The translations under genes were made by a program, and so were the position numbers. Under the pieces are notes generated by a model, which had not been told where the DNA came from, did no database searches, and worked only from the letters and a program-made list of their open reading frames with translations. This document shows positions 60,469 through 64,000 of a DNA stretch of 64,000 nucleotides, piece after piece. Each line of letters begins with the position of its first letter. Position 1 is the first letter of the stretch. Source of the DNA: an uncultured Candidatus Saccharibacteria bacterium. Its GTDB lineage: Bacteria > Patescibacteriota > Minisyncoccia > Phycocordibacterales > CAIZLB01. The DNA lies in assembly GCA_964607805.1 (NCBI GenBank), contig CAZSLF010000001.1, positions 12,811 through 76,810 of the forward strand, read 5' to 3'.

Positions 60469-62958
60469 TTATTTTTGTAAATCCTTTAGCACCTGTGCAA
60501 ATTCATTGCCATTTATTTTTCCTTTATTAGGATCCTTGCTTGCTCTGTGAGCGTTTCTGACTAAAACTGAAAACTGATTAATACCTAAAGGCTTATCAAT
60601 TTCAATTTGACCAGTGAACATTCTTGGTTCGATTTTTATTTTTGATCCGTATAATCTATTCCATTCCTTTGACCATTTATCCAATGTATACTCTCCTATC
60701 TTTTCTTTATCTTCAGGACTACCGGTAGTGTCTGCCGTATTGGAATCTGGCATACTACTATCTTCTTCCGCAGAAGCGCTTGTTACATCTGGTATAGCAG
60801 TACCGGTTGGATCACGATATTGCTGAGGGTTTGGTGCTACTTTTTTAACACCATCATATGGCTTGAAAGATTCTTTAGCGTAACGATTATATGCCTGCTT
60901 TTTATTATCCCATATATCCAATACAGTCTTAACTTTTACTATCCTGGCATCAAGTTTAGAGAGTCTTTCTTTTGCACTTTTAATATCTGAGTATGCTTGT
61001 GCCATACTATTTTCAATTGCTTTAACTCTGGCTTTATCAGTAGAAGTATTCAAATACCTATTTGTCTTCATTGCCTCTTTTACCACCTTCAATTGTTCAG
61101 TCTCGCTAGCTAATTTCTCTGACCAAATTGTAATTTCATTATTCAAATCTGCCTTCTTTTCCATGAAACTATCAAACTTTTCTTGAACTGGAGAAAGTCT
61201 TTCGTTAACAATATGCGCGAAATTTTCTGCAATATTTTTCTTTTTGTTCTCTTGAACCATTGCTTTACCTTCATGAAATTGAACTTTACGATACGCTTCA
61301 GCTCTTCTCTCCTGAGCACTCGTAAGTTGTTTTCTTAGATTTTGAGAATCTTTCTCTGCCCGCTTTGCTTGTCTTGGAGATAATTGATTAGTATTTCTAT
61401 ATTCATTTATACTATTCATCGCTGCTAAGATTTGATTTACATCGTTATCTGCAATTTTATGTTCAGCAATAAAACCCTCTCTTTTTACAAGTTGGCGATT
61501 TCCTAAAAATTCTGCTTTTATTATTCCTCCAAATGAAGCAACTCTTTCAGCTTGGAAAGCTGCGTATTTTTTTGTTCCTTCAGAAATCGGTCTCCATATT
61601 TTATCTACAATCCAATTCCCTGCTCGTGCAAAAATACCCTTAGGTTCAACATATGGTTGCTGTTCTTGAGCAGGTCTTGCTCGAGATTCGGGTGATGGAG
61701 TTGCGACTGGTGTTGGTGTTGGTTCTGCAGGTTTATTACCTATAACCTCCGCATCTATATCAATAGTTGGAGCATCTTTAGGTGCTCTTCGTGCTTTATC
61801 CTTATCGACTTTGGGAGTTTTCCCATTTTCGATACTATCGAAATGAATCACTCTCGCTGCAGGAGCTTTTGGTTTTGGAGTTGGTTCTGGTGTTGCCTCT
61901 GGAGCCTTAGGTTTAGGGGTAGGTGCCGAGTCAGGAGTAGCGGGTTTTGGAGCTGGTGTTGGCTTAGGCGCTGAAGTAGGAGCTTTATCAGGTGCAGAAG
62001 GTCGTGTTTGCTCGTTTCTTGTAACCTGAGCGTCAACATTGATTATTGGTCTATTTCTTTGTGCTTTATCCTTATCGACTTTAGGAGGTTTTCCATTTTC
62101 AATAACATCAAAATGAATTTCTTTTGCTACGGGAGATGCTGGTTTTATCACTTCTCCTTGTCCGCTCAACTCGCTATTTTCCATCAATCGCAAAACCTCT
62201 GCACTTTTTGCAGCTACTTTTTTTGCTCTTTCAATTTCTCTTGCTCTTTTATCTTCTTGATTTTTACGTTCTTCTTCATCTTTTTCTTCTGCAAATGTTT
62301 CTGGGTACTTATCATTTAAAATCTCTTGAAGGCTATCGAATCCTTTAGTACGTCTTGGTCTAACATTCTCATCTTCATCAAAAACTTCCGTTGCTAAAGC
62401 ATTCGCAACAGCTTTAACAACCATGTGATCTTCAGGATATTCCTTATTAACAAGAAACTTTCTTGGTCTTGTAGGTGGTTTTCTTCCAGGTCTTTCTATC
62501 GGGGGACGAACTGCAGGATTTACAGTTCGAGCTTCGTTTTGATTATCTGTTCTATTTTTAGTTCCAATTCCTGGTGCTTTTCCTTTATTAAAATCACTAT
62601 CCATACCTTGTCGATATTGATCGGAGTTAAAATCGGGTATAACTACTGGCTCTGCTTTTGTCTCTGACTCTAATCTTCCTTCCGGATCTACTACAATTTC
62701 TTTTGGCGGACGAGGAGTATATCTTTTATTTTTACTTTTATCATCTCCTAGATATGGCTTATGCTCCTCATCACTATCTAATACATCTGTAATTTCTACT
62801 GATTCACTCGGGGTTATTTCCTCTACTTCAACGGGAGGCAGAACATTTTCTAATGTTTTTTCTGGCGCATCATTATCTACAATCAATTCTCCATTTTCAC
62901 CACGTTTCAAAGCTTCAAAACTATTTGCTTGTCCACCTACAAATCTTTCTCGAGGCAT
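60469..62958 (-). CDS. Large hypothetical protein with internal ~90-aa repeat, Pro/Thr/Ala/Lys linkers and a C-terminal coiled-coil region
   Basis: 829 aa. The repeat unit IHFD(V/S)IENGK(P/T)PKVDKDKA(Q/R)R...(V/I)D(A)(Q/E)V occurs twice (DNA about 61797-61853 and 62063-62120), separated by PTPAPKP-type tracts. Confidence 0.8.
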   Translation of the reverse strand: MPRERFVGGQANSFEALKRGENGELIVDNDAPEKTLENVLPPVEVEEITPSESVEITDVLDSDEEHKPYLGDDKSKNKRYTPRPPKEIVVDPEGRLESETKAEPVVIPDFNSDQYRQGMDSDFNKGKAPGIGTKNRTDNQNEARTVNPAVRPPIERPGRKPPTRPRKFLVNKEYPEDHMVVKAVANALATEVFDEDENVRPRRTKGFDSLQEILNDKYPETFAEEKDEEERKNQEDKRAREIERAKKVAAKSAEVLRLMENSELSGQGEVIKPASPVAKEIHFDVIENGKPPKVDKDKAQRNRPIINVDAQVTRNEQTRPSAPDKAPTSAPKPTPAPKPATPDSAPTPKPKAPEATPEPTPKPKAPAARVIHFDSIENGKTPKVDKDKARRAPKDAPTIDIDAEVIGNKPAEPTPTPVATPSPESRARPAQEQQPYVEPKGIFARAGNWIVDKIWRPISEGTKKYAAFQAERVASFGGIIKAEFLGNRQLVKREGFIAEHKIADNDVNQILAAMNSINEYRNTNQLSPRQAKRAEKDSQNLRKQLTSAQERRAEAYRKVQFHEGKAMVQENKKKNIAENFAHIVNERLSPVQEKFDSFMEKKADLNNEITIWSEKLASETEQLKVVKEAMKTNRYLNTSTDKARVKAIENSMAQAYSDIKSAKERLSKLDARIVKVKTVLDIWDNKKQAYNRYAKESFKPYDGVKKVAPNPQQYRDPTGTAIPDVTSASAEEDSSMPDSNTADTTGSPEDKEKIGEYTLDKWSKEWNRLYGSKIKIEPRMFTGQIEIDKPLGINQFSVLVRNAHRASKDPNKGKINGNEFAQVLKDLQK

Positions 62959-63017
62959 ATTAAATAATATTAGAAATTAATGCATATATTATACCACATG
63001 ATATTATAAGTAATACA

Positions 63018-63989
63018 ATGACAATAAAATTTAACGAAGTTACTTGGTATTCTAAATTATTAGCCGTTATTTTGGCATTAGCAATATTTGGAATCGCCTT
63101 TTATTTAGGTAAAAGTTATGAAAATGTGAATTCTGGGCAAGATAGCCATTTGCCAAATAATAACTTGGAAAATGCAAATACTACTGGGACAGAAACAGCT
63201 ACTGCAACTGAAGATTGCGGAAACGAACCAAATCAATTGGGCATGAATGAATGCGCAGCTAGACAATTGGTATTGGCCAATAAGGTTATGAATGACAATT
63301 ACCAGCTCAATATTTCAAACACGACAAGATCGCAGGCAGAAAAGGATGAATTTGCTAAAAATCAATCAAATTGGGAAAAGAAAATGAATACAGACTGTAC
63401 AGCAGAAGGTGCAGCATTTGAAGGCGGTAGTATCCAGCCATACATAATAACAATGTGCAAAGTGAAAATGACAAATGAGAGAGCAAAATTCCTCGCACCA
63501 GTAAGTACGACAGACAAATTAACTACAGTTTCAGTTGGAAATAATATTCTTAGCTTTAAATTAAGTCCAAATTTAAAATATGAAGAAGTCGAGAATTTAA
63601 ACAAAATTACAAATACCAAAGAAATTGGTCTAGTATTTTATGATAATGGAAAAGATGAAGGCTCAATAATTAGTAACTGTACAAATATTAGTCCGCTTCC
63701 AATTGGGATAGAAATTACATCAGACGGGAGCATTAAAAATGTAGAGGATTTTAAAGAACATTGGAATAATACAAAGCCATATTTTGGCACTGCGCAATTC
63801 GGCATCAATAAATTCGATGTATTCAAAGGTTGGGATGATAGAAAACCCGACACTCGATACTATATAACATATAATAAAAACTCGGCTCTAGATATTTCAT
63901 TTAGACCCGACGAAAGTTGCATAAAAAGTGAAAAAGCTAAGGAGAGTTTAAATCTTCTTTTGTCTACACTTAAATACACGAGTAAATAG
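63018..63989 (+). CDS. Membrane-anchored protein with DUF1311 (LprI-like) domain
   Basis: N-terminal TM helix. CGNEPNQLGMNECAARQLVLANKVMNDNYQ...QSNWEKKMNTDC fits the DUF1311 pattern (C....tq.em..C...........Y......Q..W...r...C). Confidence 0.65.
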   Translation: MTIKFNEVTWYSKLLAVILALAIFGIAFYLGKSYENVNSGQDSHLPNNNLENANTTGTETATATEDCGNEPNQLGMNECAARQLVLANKVMNDNYQLNISNTTRSQAEKDEFAKNQSNWEKKMNTDCTAEGAAFEGGSIQPYIITMCKVKMTNERAKFLAPVSTTDKLTTVSVGNNILSFKLSPNLKYEEVENLNKITNTKEIGLVFYDNGKDEGSIISNCTNISPLPIGIEITSDGSIKNVEDFKEHWNNTKPYFGTAQFGINKFDVFKGWDDRKPDTRYYITYNKNSALDISFRPDESCIKSEKAKESLNLLLSTLKYTSK

Positions 63990-64000
63990 CAAACAAATTT

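Noticed and set aside
1-64000. CRISPR arrays, rRNA genes, transposases, integrases or prophage modules
   Set aside because: No regularly spaced direct repeats, no rRNA-like conserved blocks, and no ORF with DDE, tyrosine- or serine-recombinase, capsid or terminase motifs were seen anywhere in the window.

Overview
This window looks like a low-GC, gene-dense bacterial chromosome segment. The gene content resembles a reduced-genome Patescibacteria/CPR-type organism, but that placement is inference only. Housekeeping genes are recognisable from motifs: rpmG, clpB, a class-V cysteine desulfurase, infB-rbfA, gyrA, rpsA, pth, lepB, a HisRS-like gene, rpsU, ybeY, ftsA, ftsZ, trxB, tsaD, valS, plus prsW-like, hsp20, lemA/TPM and a NUDIX hydrolase. 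I folded eight tRNA genes by hand: Trp, Tyr, Cys, Leu-TAA, Lys, Leu-TAG, Val, Glu. A tandem array of seven TrbC/VirB2-like (T4SS-pilin-like) small membrane proteins lies at 19.0-21.9 kb with no secretion ATPase nearby. Four things stand out. (1) A four-copy family of about 90-125 nt structured elements, each just downstream of a tRNA gene and hairpin; two copies end in a copy of that tRNA's 3' end. (2) A roughly 570-nt non-coding, highly structured region between the desulfurase gene and clpB. (3) About ten GC-richer single-gene or small-operon cassettes, all on the + strand, each with a near-consensus TTGACx-17-TAnnnT promoter, a long C/A-rich leader and its own terminator; one is bracketed by 66-bp direct repeats. 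(4) Every tRNA gene lacking CCA is followed by CA right after the discriminator base. No CRISPR array, rRNA, transposase or integrase was seen. All calls come from reading the sequence and ORF track. No searches were run, and the GC statements rest on a few hand-counted 60-nt samples.
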